DNA of 64,000 bases from an uncultured virus (IMG/VR IMGVR_UViG_3300046171_000218) (lineage: Duplodnaviria > Heunggongvirae > Uroviricota > Caudoviricetes). The notes under the pieces were generated by a model. The model worked only from the letters and a program-made list of their open reading frames with translations, was not told the DNA's origin and did no database searches. Position 1 is the stretch's first letter; every line of letters begins with the position of its first letter. Positions 37,914 to 48,403 of this stretch are shown one piece after another. Made by a program: the position numbers and the translations under genes. The DNA lies in IMG/VR virus record IMGVR_UViG_3300046171_000218; one strand, given 5' to 3'.

Positions 37914-38706
37914 CAAGATACTCCCAACGATCGATGTAAATGTCTGTAGGATCTTCGCCATCAGGGCCAAACCACAGTCTGGGTGCAATCACATTACTGT
38001 GTCCTGAGAGCCATGCTCCCCACCAAGAGAAGGTGGAGTTTGCAATGATGTTGTATTGTGACATTGACATGAGGCACATATCGTGAATGTTGTCACTCTC
38101 AGAGATAAAGAAACGATCTGATTCAAAGAATTCGTGTCCGAACGCCCACGATGGATCATCCGTGAGTACAACCACAGGGATATCCTTAGGCATTCGTCCA
38201 AGTGCTTCTTCATAATAACTGATAGGTAAGACTGGGTGGAATGTTGGTTTGATTAAATGATCTGTGCGACGAACATGAAGGGTGATGAAATCATTCTCAC
38301 CTACCGCTTGATCTAGAAAATTATGACAATTTTCTTCTACTTCATCTCTAAAAGTAAAATCCTCACGAATTTCATCCTCAATATGCTTGAAGTATTTTTC
38401 CGATTGAAAATATCCGTAAAGATTTACATCGTCAGGACATTCATCGACAATATTTTGATCATAGCGAAAAGATGCTTCTTTACGATAACCTGCCTCTAGT
38501 AAACCAATATTCTTAGCACCTGTCATATTAAATGCCATGAAGAGTTTATGTTGTTTCTCTTCATCAACAAACTCTTCATCTGTTCTAGGCCCATCAGGGA
38601 TAATAAAATCATATCCCCGCGCCACAGCGATGCCTCTAGTTGCAGCATACTGGAACATTTGATTACCAAATCTTCCGTTTCTACCAATGTGATTGTGTCC
38701 GATCAT
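37900..38706 (-). CDS. Glycosyltransferase family 11
   Basis: GRFGNQMFQYA, GYFQSEKYF, HVRRTD, IIANSTFSWWGAWL. Confidence 0.9.
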   Translation of the reverse strand: MIGHNHIGRNGRFGNQMFQYAATRGIAVARGYDFIIPDGPRTDEEFVDEEKQHKLFMAFNMTGAKNIGLLEAGYRKEASFRYDQNIVDECPDDVNLYGYFQSEKYFKHIEDEIREDFTFRDEVEENCHNFLDQAVGENDFITLHVRRTDHLIKPTFHPVLPISYYEEALGRMPKDIPVVVLTDDPSWAFGHEFFESDRFFISESDNIHDMCLMSMSQYNIIANSTFSWWGAWLSGHSNVIAPRLWFGPDGEDPTDIYIDRWEYLDVRN

Positions 38707-39500
38707 GTTACTATCCAGTCAATACAAGTTCTAATCTCTTCATTGTACTTCCATACTTCTTTGAGCATGTCAGCATTTATTCCTGCACCCTCCATTTGAA
38801 CAATTAGAGAGTTGAGATCTTTTGGAAAACATGTTCCTCCAAACCCACGATCATTATCTATACCAGGAACTTTAATATGAGAGGCACCAATACGATGATC
38901 CGCAGATACTCCCAGTGCTACTCTATCATAATCCATACCTAGACTGGTACAAAAATCATACATCTTATTAAAGTACGCAACCTTATAAGCAAGGAAAGTA
39001 TTTGAGAAATACTTAATTGCCTCACTTTCATCAGATGAGACAATTATGCTAGGTATACTGCGAAAGTTCAAAAAGAACATCTCTGCAAATTTTTCTGCAA
39101 GTGTTCTTTCGCCACCAATAATATTCCTATCAGAATTAGCGAAATCATTTACTGCATTTCTAGCAGTAAGAAACTCTGGATTATGAATTACCCGATGCTT
39201 TTCAGCATATCTTTTAGTTGTTCCTACGGGAACAGTAGACTTGATTACAAAGATAGTTTCTTTATTATCAAGATTAGTTGATAATGTGTCAAAAAAGTTA
39301 TCAAGTAATGATGTATCACAACTGCCATCGGATGTCATGGGAGTTGGAAGACATACAAAAACAAAGTCTTGAATAAGGACTTCACTAAGTGTATTAAGAC
39401 TGCGATTTTTATCTATATCGTAGACTTTTGTTTCTACTTTGTCTCTAAAATTTTGGTAAACAGCATTACCTACAAATCCATTTCCAATAATACCAATCAT
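38703..39500 (-). CDS. UDP-glucose/GDP-mannose dehydrogenase family (short)
   Basis: GNGFVG, CLPTP, IKSTVPVGTT, NPEFL, GFGGTCFPKD. Confidence 0.88.
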   Translation of the reverse strand: MIGIIGNGFVGNAVYQNFRDKVETKVYDIDKNRSLNTLSEVLIQDFVFVCLPTPMTSDGSCDTSLLDNFFDTLSTNLDNKETIFVIKSTVPVGTTKRYAEKHRVIHNPEFLTARNAVNDFANSDRNIIGGERTLAEKFAEMFFLNFRSIPSIIVSSDESEAIKYFSNTFLAYKVAYFNKMYDFCTSLGMDYDRVALGVSADHRIGASHIKVPGIDNDRGFGGTCFPKDLNSLIVQMEGAGINADMLKEVWKYNEEIRTCIDWIVT

Positions 39501-40198
39501 GAGAGTTCAACTCCTGGTGGCAATCTATAATGGAAACCAAACGGTGTTACACCTTCTGCTTCAGGCACTCTGGTTTCCTGTGAGAACCTTACTGCAATGT
39601 CAACGGGAGCATATTTCATACCTTCCTTCTGAAAGATATGCCTATTGTGGACACAGACATTTCCGTCTTCATGATAGTTTACCACACCCTCAGGCATCCA
39701 GTAAAAATCACTATTGTTTGTTTCCCAAGGGACTTCTACTTTCGTTGGAACTTCAAGAAACCTTTTACTTCGCATGGAGAATCCACCATTACCAACACGC
39801 CAGTGTCTACCAAAAGGATCAATGTAAGCGTCCTCTACAATCGCCCAGGGTGCTCCAATATAATCATATTCAAGCCATGTATCATCCCACTTATCAGGAA
39901 ACAATACGAACCCATCCGGTTGAACAAGAAGGCAATGTGATGTGTCTACATGTTCATGAAGATGATACACCACATAGTAATTGTAATCATCATAGTTTTT
40001 GATATCACGTACAGGAGTCTGCATCGTGATACCATCATCTACAAGTTTAGGATTGTTGTCAATCTGCTCCTGTGTCGTGATAAGTTTGACATCACCAAAA
40101 TTGATGCCAGACATACTAGTATAGACACCATTAAGAGTTCCTGATAAATCATCAGTGGTATCAACAGATATCAATGTGACATCTGGCAAATTAATCAT
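39497..40198 (-). CDS. DUF5672-like putative glycosyltransferase
   Basis: LLVQPDGF, YDYIGAPW, VGNGGFSMRS, HED, FGFH. Confidence 0.75.
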   Translation of the reverse strand: MINLPDVTLISVDTTDDLSGTLNGVYTSMSGINFGDVKLITTQEQIDNNPKLVDDGITMQTPVRDIKNYDDYNYYVVYHLHEHVDTSHCLLVQPDGFVLFPDKWDDTWLEYDYIGAPWAIVEDAYIDPFGRHWRVGNGGFSMRSKRFLEVPTKVEVPWETNNSDFYWMPEGVVNYHEDGNVCVHNRHIFQKEGMKYAPVDIAVRFSQETRVPEAEGVTPFGFHYRLPPGVELS

Positions 40199-41115
40199 AA
40201 GTCTCCATCGTAAATGTTTGAAGTCTTTTTATACTCTTCCCATTCTACTCTACATTCGTCTGGTGTAAAGAGTTTACCATCTCTATCCATATAATATGTT
40301 GGATAACTATAGATACTGCACCCAAGACTCCACCAACCTTGAGATAAGTTATGATGAAACCAGTACTTAGGTGCAATACACATCTCTAGATTTTTTGATG
40401 TCCAGAGAGGGAAGCAGGAGAAAGTAGAGGTGGTACAGATAACATTCCTTGCATTTTTGACAGCGACATAATCCCATGCAACGTCAACATGGTATGCAGG
40501 AATATCAGGAAGCATCCTGTTAGCAGATTTAACATCATCGGTTACAATGCAATACTCCATATTTGGATTATACTGAGACATATGCTCCATTGCATTTTCC
40601 CAATATGCTTTAGGGACAAATGCACCAGCATTGCCCACCATATCTCCACCACGAAAATTAAGAACACAGATGTTCTTTCCGTTTGTGTCATCATGTTCGT
40701 ACATTATACGAACTTTTAACCACTCTTTTACAAGATTGATTTCATTATAAAAATAATCTTCAGACTGAAATATACCATGAAGAAGATGATTATCCGGTAT
40801 AGAGAGTAAATTTCTATCAGTTAACCGAATATCAGTATGTAAATATTCATCAGTGTGAAAGGCATGTCGATATTCAAAATATGTTTCAAGATTATCAGGA
40901 ACTTCTTTCCCATAATCAAGGTTCATAAAATAAAAACCTTTCTTATTAACTCTGGAATCTCCAGCGTTATGAAGTCCTTTGATACCAAAGTCGTAACCCA
41001 ATCTACGGGCTAAGACTCTAGTTGTTACATATGCGAATAATTGATTTCCAAGTCCTTGTCCATGCAAAAATTCAGTCGCTAACATATTCAGATGATACCT
41101 TACTAATATAATCAA
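40195..41115 (-). CDS. Divergent GT11-like glycosyltransferase
   Basis: GQGLGNQLFAY, FQSEDYF, NFRGGD, VTDD, STFS, IAPKYW. Confidence 0.75.
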   Translation of the reverse strand: MIILVRYHLNMLATEFLHGQGLGNQLFAYVTTRVLARRLGYDFGIKGLHNAGDSRVNKKGFYFMNLDYGKEVPDNLETYFEYRHAFHTDEYLHTDIRLTDRNLLSIPDNHLLHGIFQSEDYFYNEINLVKEWLKVRIMYEHDDTNGKNICVLNFRGGDMVGNAGAFVPKAYWENAMEHMSQYNPNMEYCIVTDDVKSANRMLPDIPAYHVDVAWDYVAVKNARNVICTTSTFSCFPLWTSKNLEMCIAPKYWFHHNLSQGWWSLGCSIYSYPTYYMDRDGKLFTPDECRVEWEEYKKTSNIYDGDL

Positions 41116-42367
41116 TCATCTCATCGGTGATTGTAGGCGAACACCCAAGGAAAAATACAAGATCTAACACTTGGTTCGCGTTTGGATATTTATTCGCGTC
41201 GTCAAGGTGTGAGTATCCAGGGTGAAGAAGAATGTTTCCAGCAAAGTAATTTCTAGTTTGAATCTTATTCTTTTCAAAGTGAAGAACTAGAGAGTGCTTC
41301 AGTTTTTTATTTTCACATAAAATAGGAACACCAAACCAACTAGTTTCGGCGTTAGGCATCTCATTCATTACACGAATACCAGGAATGCTTTCAACAATTT
41401 GCTGAATCTTCCACTTGTTACGACGACGTTTATCGTGAATTTCTTCATACTTGAGTAATTGAACAGATCCTACAGCGCCCTGCAGATCAAGAGGTTTAAG
41501 GTTATAACCCATATTAGAAAAGACATACTTATGATCCACAATGTCATCATACTTGTCTAACCACTTGTCGAAACGCTTTCCGCATACTCCATTAGGTAGA
41601 AGGTTTTGCTGTCCCACACAATAGCATCCTCGGCCCCACCATGCAAAACTACGTGCAAGATCCACAACACCTTTGAGGTTAGAGGACACCATACCACCCT
41701 CGATCGTACATAGATGATGTGCTGGATAGAATGAGCATGATGCTGCTACAGCACGATCTGTAAGGTACTTCCCATCATACTTACTACCAAGACTATCACA
41801 ATTATCGGCGATCAGTTCAAGTTGATGTCTATCAAGAATATCATACAGACAATCCATGTCATAAGGATTACCAAGGACGGGTGAAGAAAATACTGCTCTT
41901 GTCCTGTCCGTAATTTTAGATTCTACTTGTTCAAGATTCCAGTTAAGATCATCCCAGACAATATCTACAAACACTGGTTTTAAACCCGCCTGAACAATAG
42001 GTGCTACTGTTGTGGCAAACCCACATGCACATACGATAATCTCATCACCATCTCGCCAATTAAAGTACTTCTTCAATGCAGCAATCATAACAAGATTGGC
42101 AGAACTACCAGAGTTCACCATCACAGAGTGCTCAAATCCAAACTTACTTGAGAACTCATGCTCAAACTTATTAACTTTCTCACCAGAAGACAACCACTTG
42201 CCTTTCATGATTGAATAAACAAGTTCCCTCGCTTCATGATCATCCCAATAAGGGCCTGAGTAATACACAGGTTTACCCTCTTTCCAATCTTTATTTGCCA
42301 TGAAAGGAAAGATGTCATCATCCATCTCCTTTGCATCATTAATAAAGTTTTCAATCAGTTGATACAT
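41072..42367 (-). CDS. rfbH: NDP-4-keto-6-deoxyhexose 3-dehydratase (RfbH/DdhC E1-like)
   Basis: DegT fold with His in place of the Schiff-base Lys (SFYPAHH), GRGCYC...C motif, DHKY...GYNLK, TRNYFAGN. Confidence 0.85.
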   Translation of the reverse strand: MYQLIENFINDAKEMDDDIFPFMANKDWKEGKPVYYSGPYWDDHEARELVYSIMKGKWLSSGEKVNKFEHEFSSKFGFEHSVMVNSGSSANLVMIAALKKYFNWRDGDEIIVCACGFATTVAPIVQAGLKPVFVDIVWDDLNWNLEQVESKITDRTRAVFSSPVLGNPYDMDCLYDILDRHQLELIADNCDSLGSKYDGKYLTDRAVAASCSFYPAHHLCTIEGGMVSSNLKGVVDLARSFAWWGRGCYCVGQQNLLPNGVCGKRFDKWLDKYDDIVDHKYVFSNMGYNLKPLDLQGAVGSVQLLKYEEIHDKRRRNKWKIQQIVESIPGIRVMNEMPNAETSWFGVPILCENKKLKHSLVLHFEKNKIQTRNYFAGNILLHPGYSHLDDANKYPNANQVLDLVFFLGCSPTITDEMIDYISKVSSEYVSD

Positions 42368-43149
42368 AATTCTCTGATGATGTCTGTTTGCGATATTTGT
42401 GGTTTAAAACCAAGTGCTCTTAGTTTACAGGAGTCAAGATACATGTCTTGAGTATCTGCTTTCTTTGTCAGAATTTTTGAATCTGATTTTAAGAAATGTT
42501 TCGCCGTCCTAATTATATCACCTAGAGTTGTCCGCTGTCCACTACCAATATTGTATACCGTATCAAATTCTCCACGGATTACAACCTGGTTAATTGCTCT
42601 ACATACATCATCTACATGCATTATATCTTTGATTATATCTCCATCATTATAGAGAGTAATATCATTACCCTTCTTAAGTTCGCCAATTAGATAATGAATA
42701 GCGTTCTTCTTTGGGGATGCTTTTGGATCATATCCTCCCACAACATTAGGCATCCTTAATATTCTATACTTTACTTTATAGGTTCTACAGAAATCAATCA
42801 GTAGATCTTCTGCACACTTCTTTGTAATAGAATAGAAACCTCTTGGATTGCATATAGAATCTTCTTTAGCAGGAAGTTCACAATCTCCATAAACAAACCA
42901 AGAAGAAATAAAATTGAAAACGCGATCAGCACTCCTGCAATGATCCAACACTTCACAAAGAATATTGAGATTTGTCTTGACATCTAAAGTAATATCTGTG
43001 TAAATGTTACTGTTATCAATCGTTGAAATAAAGTACAAAATCTCCTGAGTTTCAGGATTTCTTTGTTCTCTGGGAATAATCAGTGTTTCATTAGGATACA
43101 TTTCACAGTATCTACCACCAATATACCCAGCACCATATACACTCAGCAT
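42355..43149 (-). CDS. NAD-dependent epimerase/reductase (SDR)
   Basis: GAGYIG, FISSWFVYG, YSITK. Confidence 0.85.
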   Translation of the reverse strand: MLSVYGAGYIGGRYCEMYPNETLIIPREQRNPETQEILYFISTIDNSNIYTDITLDVKTNLNILCEVLDHCRSADRVFNFISSWFVYGDCELPAKEDSICNPRGFYSITKKCAEDLLIDFCRTYKVKYRILRMPNVVGGYDPKASPKKNAIHYLIGELKKGNDITLYNDGDIIKDIMHVDDVCRAINQVVIRGEFDTVYNIGSGQRTTLGDIIRTAKHFLKSDSKILTKKADTQDMYLDSCKLRALGFKPQISQTDIIRELCIN

Positions 43150-43796
43150 TCTGACGTTCTCAAAATAAAAAATCCATTTCCGTGTGGATGCGGTTTAATC
43201 CACTTTTCTTTAATTGATCCTAATGAATATGAAAATTTTACAAGTTCCATACCCTGAGATTCAAACATCCTAATCCACCACTCCTCATCTTTCTTAGTGA
43301 CGTGAGTAACGTCTACTTCATACTCTCGAATCCTAAATCTATCATTATCTCCGAGAGGAATTACAAAGAAAAACTGATTTGATTTCTTCTTGAAATTTTT
43401 AAGAACAGAGGAAATGTCCTCAACCTCAACATGCTCAAGAACATCTTTACAAATAAGTAAATCATAAAATTTGTCATTTGGTAAGGATACATAATCTCTT
43501 ACATTAGGATGACAATTCTCAACAGCATACTGACTTATATCTTCTCCCCAAGCGTCACACCCAATAATGCGAAGAGCGTTTACAAGAAATCCTTTTGCAC
43601 ATCCATAATCAACACAAGTCTTAAATTCAAAGTTGTTTTGTATATCAAGTGCTTCAGGAATTGAACGAGTGGGCATCCACTTGTAGTCTTCATACCCAGA
43701 AATATGTTTTCTTACACCATCCTCATAATAGTCTTTAGTGAATTGATGCATATCAAGCGAAATCATTGTGAATAGTATCAGTAAGAATATCGTCAA
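43143..43796 (-). CDS. Class I SAM-dependent methyltransferase
   Basis: DYGCAKG, DIS, DVLEH; start probably at MHQF. Confidence 0.85.
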   Translation of the reverse strand: MTIFLLILFTMISLDMHQFTKDYYEDGVRKHISGYEDYKWMPTRSIPEALDIQNNFEFKTCVDYGCAKGFLVNALRIIGCDAWGEDISQYAVENCHPNVRDYVSLPNDKFYDLLICKDVLEHVEVEDISSVLKNFKKKSNQFFFVIPLGDNDRFRIREYEVDVTHVTKKDEEWWIRMFESQGMELVKFSYSLGSIKEKWIKPHPHGNGFFILRTSEC

Positions 43797-44886
43797 CTAG
43801 TTCATTTTGCATAGCATACTTGCAATAATGGCAAGCATGATGTCTCAAAGTTGGCCCTTGATTGTAAAAATCTTCAATACCATCAATGTCACATACAGCA
43901 AATTGAGATTCGGGAACGTAATTGTAGTTGTTCTCAATAGACAACTCTGCAGAAGGGCAGGCATAGATATATCCATCCGTGAAGAGGAATGGTTTTACCA
44001 TATGCATATAGCAGTGATCATTTCTACGCTCACCTTGGAAGTTAAAGTCAGATAAAAATGCAGACTTTAGTTTTCTGCCACGATCTTTTTCATATGCCTC
44101 GATGATACCACGGATGGTTTCAATATCCTTCTCGGTTTCTTTAACATCTTTGATGGCATTGAATGCGATGCGACAAGGAATCTGATTTTCCTCGATCCAG
44201 TCTAACATACGAATGAAGTTTTCGGTAGTCTGGAATTTCTTAGAAAGCACACGCTTGTTCTTTACGTCGCTCCATTCTCCAGTAATGTTAGGGTTCTTAG
44301 AAGTCTCCAGGTTTTCATCCCAAACATATGCTGCAGATGGCTTACAGTTGGTTCCTTCAAAGATACTCAAGTCATAATCATAACCCTCATAAAAACCATA
44401 CATTCCCAGGCGAACCCAGTCAAATAGTTCTACGATATCCTTTTTAATAGGACGATTAGCACCAAAACGAGCTCCATTCGTGCAGATACCAAGACTAAAT
44501 CCTAAGTCTTTAGCATACTGAACAATCTCTTTAAAGTGTGGGTGAATACTTGGTTCACCTCCACCAGTGAATTCGACTCCAGTTACTCCAATAGCTTTAA
44601 AACTTTCAAGTGCCTGGAATACCTTCTCGGTAGGCATCTTTTCTGAAATATCTCTGTTCGCGAAACAGCAGAAAGAACAAGTCAGGTTACAAGCATTTGT
44701 AAGAGAAATGTGTGCCATTACAGGAGATGCTTTTTTGCCTTCCTGAAGGTTCTGCAATTTTGGCAATTGCTTAAGAAGTTTAGTTAGATTACTACTGTAA
44801 CTTCTACCCTGAACTTTATCATCTTCCTTTCTGAATGTCCCGTCTTCATTAAAGATTGGAGTTCCCTTATAAGGTACTGTAGTCAT
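43753..44886 (-). CDS. Radical SAM enzyme with Cys-rich C-terminal domain
   Basis: CNLTCSFC, FTGGGEP, CTNG, C-terminal HCY...ACP...CHYC. Confidence 0.9.
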   Translation of the reverse strand: MTTVPYKGTPIFNEDGTFRKEDDKVQGRSYSSNLTKLLKQLPKLQNLQEGKKASPVMAHISLTNACNLTCSFCCFANRDISEKMPTEKVFQALESFKAIGVTGVEFTGGGEPSIHPHFKEIVQYAKDLGFSLGICTNGARFGANRPIKKDIVELFDWVRLGMYGFYEGYDYDLSIFEGTNCKPSAAYVWDENLETSKNPNITGEWSDVKNKRVLSKKFQTTENFIRMLDWIEENQIPCRIAFNAIKDVKETEKDIETIRGIIEAYEKDRGRKLKSAFLSDFNFQGERRNDHCYMHMVKPFLFTDGYIYACPSAELSIENNYNYVPESQFAVCDIDGIEDFYNQGPTLRHHACHYCKYAMQNELVDDILTDTIHNDFA

Positions 44887-44931
44887 TTTAAAATGCTCAT
44901 GATGATTATTGCCTGTGTTATTTATTATACG

Positions 44932-45657
44932 CTAGTCATCTCTTTCTACTAAATCTTCATTCCAAATCAAATAAAACATCCTTTCAATAATATGAGCTTC
45001 TGCACAAGTTGGATCATATCCAGACTCTGGTTCATAGTATAGAGCACTTACCATTTTTTCGTATACATCTTTAGAGTACTTTAAGATTACTTCTTTAGGT
45101 ACTGCAAAATTAGAAGCGGGTATAAATTCAATAGTGTTAGTTTTTGGTGGATCAATAAAACACCAGTCAAGTAATTCATGATGATTAGAAAAATGTCTAT
45201 CTTCTAAGTCATTATTACGAGAATAATCACACCATACAACTGGTTGAATCAATCTACCATCGTTAAGTGTCTCAAGAGGAGTATAGTCAGTATGTCTCAA
45301 ATCTCCAACTAATACATTTTTATCAACCCAGATACTGAAAAATTCTGTAGCGATTAAAGACTGCAGAAATCTTTCTTCTGTTGTGTAATAGTTTTCTCCC
45401 CTTGAAAAAAGATTTCCCTTGATAAAGACACTCATGTCTGGAAGATCTTCATAGTTTTCAATGATGAATCTAAGTATGTCAAATTGATTAGCTCCGACAT
45501 TAGGAGATTTAATAACCTCACCAAGATGAGATAAATCTTTACTAACATCACTTTTATCGTAAATGACTGTATTATCTGGAGAGAATCCATGATCATACGT
45601 CATCTTCAACCATTCAAGATCCCAATTATAATTTGATACTACTAGAGTTTTTTCCAT
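44932..45657 (-). CDS. DUF3431-like putative glycosyltransferase
   Basis: VVSNYN.DL.W, IYDKS, PNVG, FIIENYEDLPD, AHIIERMF..IW. Confidence 0.7.
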   Translation of the reverse strand: MEKTLVVSNYNWDLEWLKMTYDHGFSPDNTVIYDKSDVSKDLSHLGEVIKSPNVGANQFDILRFIIENYEDLPDMSVFIKGNLFSRGENYYTTEERFLQSLIATEFFSIWVDKNVLVGDLRHTDYTPLETLNDGRLIQPVVWCDYSRNNDLEDRHFSNHHELLDWCFIDPPKTNTIEFIPASNFAVPKEVILKYSKDVYEKMVSALYYEPESGYDPTCAEAHIIERMFYLIWNEDLVERDD

Positions 45658-46566
45658 TTTTCAAAAAAGTTATTAAGATCAAGTTGAGATAAATCTTGCG
45701 TTTGAGCGTCTAGAAACATCTGATTATTATCTAGAAGCAGTTGTTCAGTCACTTCAGAATAGTCGTCAACAAAAAGAACCTGGTAGTCTTTATACAATTC
45801 TTCTAGAAACGGAGTTCGTTTCATTACGGGAACACGCCGCATGTAGATTGTCTCCCAGTTTCTATGACAATCAATAGCATTTCCTCTAGGACATAAAACA
45901 AACTTACACCTTCTCATGTGTTCTAAGTAAGTTTCAAAATCAACTCTTCCAGTCTCCACAGTTGCCCAAGTTTCATCAATGAACTTAGTTGATAAACCTC
46001 TACGATCTTCATGTGAGTTTTCATTTATGCCAACATAGAGCAATCTAAATGATCTGGGATCTCTCTCATTCATGAAGTGATTGAGAATTTCAATTCGATC
46101 ATCATTTGGATTCATACGTCTCTGCACACCATATGGTGCAGGAATCACTTTACCACCAAAGGTGACGGCATTAACAGCAACGATACGAACTACATTATCA
46201 GGAATAAACTCATAAATGTAATCGTCAATCGGAGTATCTTCAAGATTAGTGAAGATAATAAACTTCATGTCCTTGAAGTTTCTGCAGAGATTAAGAAGAT
46301 TACTCTTTTGCATCATTGCCCTGACAGCAGGCCAATCTTCGTCTTTAACATCCGCAATCTTTCTATGATATAAACGAATGTTATCAATAAACAGAGTCAT
46401 ATAATTTCTGCTTCTCTCAATCTCAAAAACTTTACTGACGAAACTCAAAGTTCATCAGGTTAGCTTCCTTCATGAAATGCGTATATATGCCACTCCATTG
46501 TCCCGATTGATCGCCAAACGAGTAATCACAAAGTTCTGATAGTGCTACACCTTCAATTAATTCCAT
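45642..46566 (-). CDS. Exostosin/GT47-like protein, frameshift near 46441-46449
   Basis: N-terminus MELIEGVALSELCDYSFGD from 46566; C-terminal KFVLCPRGNAIDCHRNWE. Confidence 0.75.
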
Positions 46567-47411
46567 GGTTTAATAAATTCTGCGTACTTCTCCTGATTAT
46601 TCTGAATATACTTCGGATAACTTTCGTCAATTGGAACTGGATGATACGATATTCCTCTACCTAAAGGATCAGATTTATTAATCACTCTTGAGGAAGATTC
46701 AATTTCTGTAAGTTGTTGACTATCAGCACCTGCAGTCATTTTTTGCCTGTACCTTTCAACCCCTCCAAAGTAACTCCAGTGCCACCCACCATCTAGAAGA
46801 CGATGTGATTCCTCCCACATACTATCACGTAATTTGTCAACTGACAAATTCTTCATTTTACCCCATGTGCATACCCTAGATCCTCTCCAATCATCTTGGT
46901 AGTGAGTATTAAGATCATAGTAAAATGCTCTCTGCATAGCAGCATATAAGTTATTAGGATCAAACCAATCAGTATTTTCAAGTATCAACGGATTTATTAT
47001 TTCATCAGCATCACTAGTGATCACCATGTCATCATCTTCAACCCCAGACTTTTCCAATGAGAACGCAGTGTAATTTCTTGCGTACATATCTTTTTGGTAT
47101 CTATTAGGAATGTCAATATATCGCATACCACAATTAGGATCAATATCTTTATATGCAGTGTGATATTTTTGCTTTTCATAATATGCAGCGAAATCACTGG
47201 GAATATCATCCATTACATTATGAATAACCTTATCATTGAATTTAGAAAAACGATCTCTGTTCTCCCAATAATAAAGTGGTTTACTATCACCCATTGTTGT
47301 ATATGGTGATTCTGTGATTACAAAATAATCAACAACATCATAAAGAATATTGAATCTAATTTCAAGAATTTCTAGTTCATTAAAGAATCTAAAGGAATCA
47401 AATATTTTCAT
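46557..47411 (-). CDS. Glycosyltransferase family 17
   Basis: MKIFDSF.FFNELEILEIRF..L..VVDYFVITES, SDADEI, GGWHWSY. Confidence 0.85.
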   Translation of the reverse strand: MKIFDSFRFFNELEILEIRFNILYDVVDYFVITESPYTTMGDSKPLYYWENRDRFSKFNDKVIHNVMDDIPSDFAAYYEKQKYHTAYKDIDPNCGMRYIDIPNRYQKDMYARNYTAFSLEKSGVEDDDMVITSDADEIINPLILENTDWFDPNNLYAAMQRAFYYDLNTHYQDDWRGSRVCTWGKMKNLSVDKLRDSMWEESHRLLDGGWHWSYFGGVERYRQKMTAGADSQQLTEIESSSRVINKSDPLGRGISYHPVPIDESYPKYIQNNQEKYAEFIKPWN

Positions 47412-48403
47412 CAATTTTTCCAATAGTCGTAAATGTCTTTCGTCACTTCGTAATCCATATCTTTAACTTTTCTATTAGGTTGCTTCATAGCCCAAACAAA
47501 CATACTCTCAATCAGTTCATTGAGGTTTGTATTATCCTCAAAGTTGAGAATAGTTTTTGCTTTAGTGTGATCACAATAAGCATGTTTTACTTCATGACGT
47601 GGTTCACCATGCTCAATGTTGACATGATAACCATACTTCGCAGCAATAGTCTGAACTGAAATAGCAACTTCATTCAGTGAAAAATGTTTATCAGCGCCAA
47701 TATTAAATGTCTCACCATCATGATCAGTTAAGAGTTTATCAAACGGTTCCATGTAATATTTGATATCTGAGAATGCTCTTGTTTGTTCTCCATCGCCATA
47801 GACAAGAATAGGTTGCCCATTCAATGCCTTACGGATGAAGATACCAATCACATTACGATACCTGTCCCAGATATTCTGATAAACGCCGAGAACATTATGA
47901 GGACGAACAATATTATATCGCAATCCAAATTGTTCATGTGCTAATTTCAAATCACATTCTACCGCATATTTCGCGATACCATATGGATCAATAGGTTGTG
48001 GACGTTTATCTTCGGTAAATGGTGGAGTTTGATCTCCATAGACTGCCATACTAGAGGTGAAGATAACTTTCGTTTCATAGGTGATGCACTCATTGATCAG
48101 ATTAGCGGAAACGATAAGATTATTACGATAATTGTAATTACGAATAAAAGGAGAAAGTCCTTCAGCCGCATACGCCGCGAAATGAATAAGGACATCAGGT
48201 TGATGCTCTTTAAAAAGTTCAGCAACTTTTTTCCTCCTTTCTAGATTTAGTTTTACAAACGTAAATTTCTCCCCTTTAGGTACAAACGCTTTGTACCCTC
48301 CAGAGAGATCATCAATACCTACTACATCATGCCCTGCAGCAAGAAGGTGGCGTGAATAATTTGAACCAAGCAAACCAGCACAACCCGTTACGAAGATTTT
48401 CAT
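47411..48403 (-). CDS. NAD-dependent epimerase/dehydratase
   Basis: TGCAGLLG, TSSMAVYG, PYGIAK. Confidence 0.92.
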   Translation of the reverse strand: MKIFVTGCAGLLGSNYSRHLLAAGHDVVGIDDLSGGYKAFVPKGEKFTFVKLNLERRKKVAELFKEHQPDVLIHFAAYAAEGLSPFIRNYNYRNNLIVSANLINECITYETKVIFTSSMAVYGDQTPPFTEDKRPQPIDPYGIAKYAVECDLKLAHEQFGLRYNIVRPHNVLGVYQNIWDRYRNVIGIFIRKALNGQPILVYGDGEQTRAFSDIKYYMEPFDKLLTDHDGETFNIGADKHFSLNEVAISVQTIAAKYGYHVNIEHGEPRHEVKHAYCDHTKAKTILNFEDNTNLNELIESMFVWAMKQPNRKVKDMDYEVTKDIYDYWKN

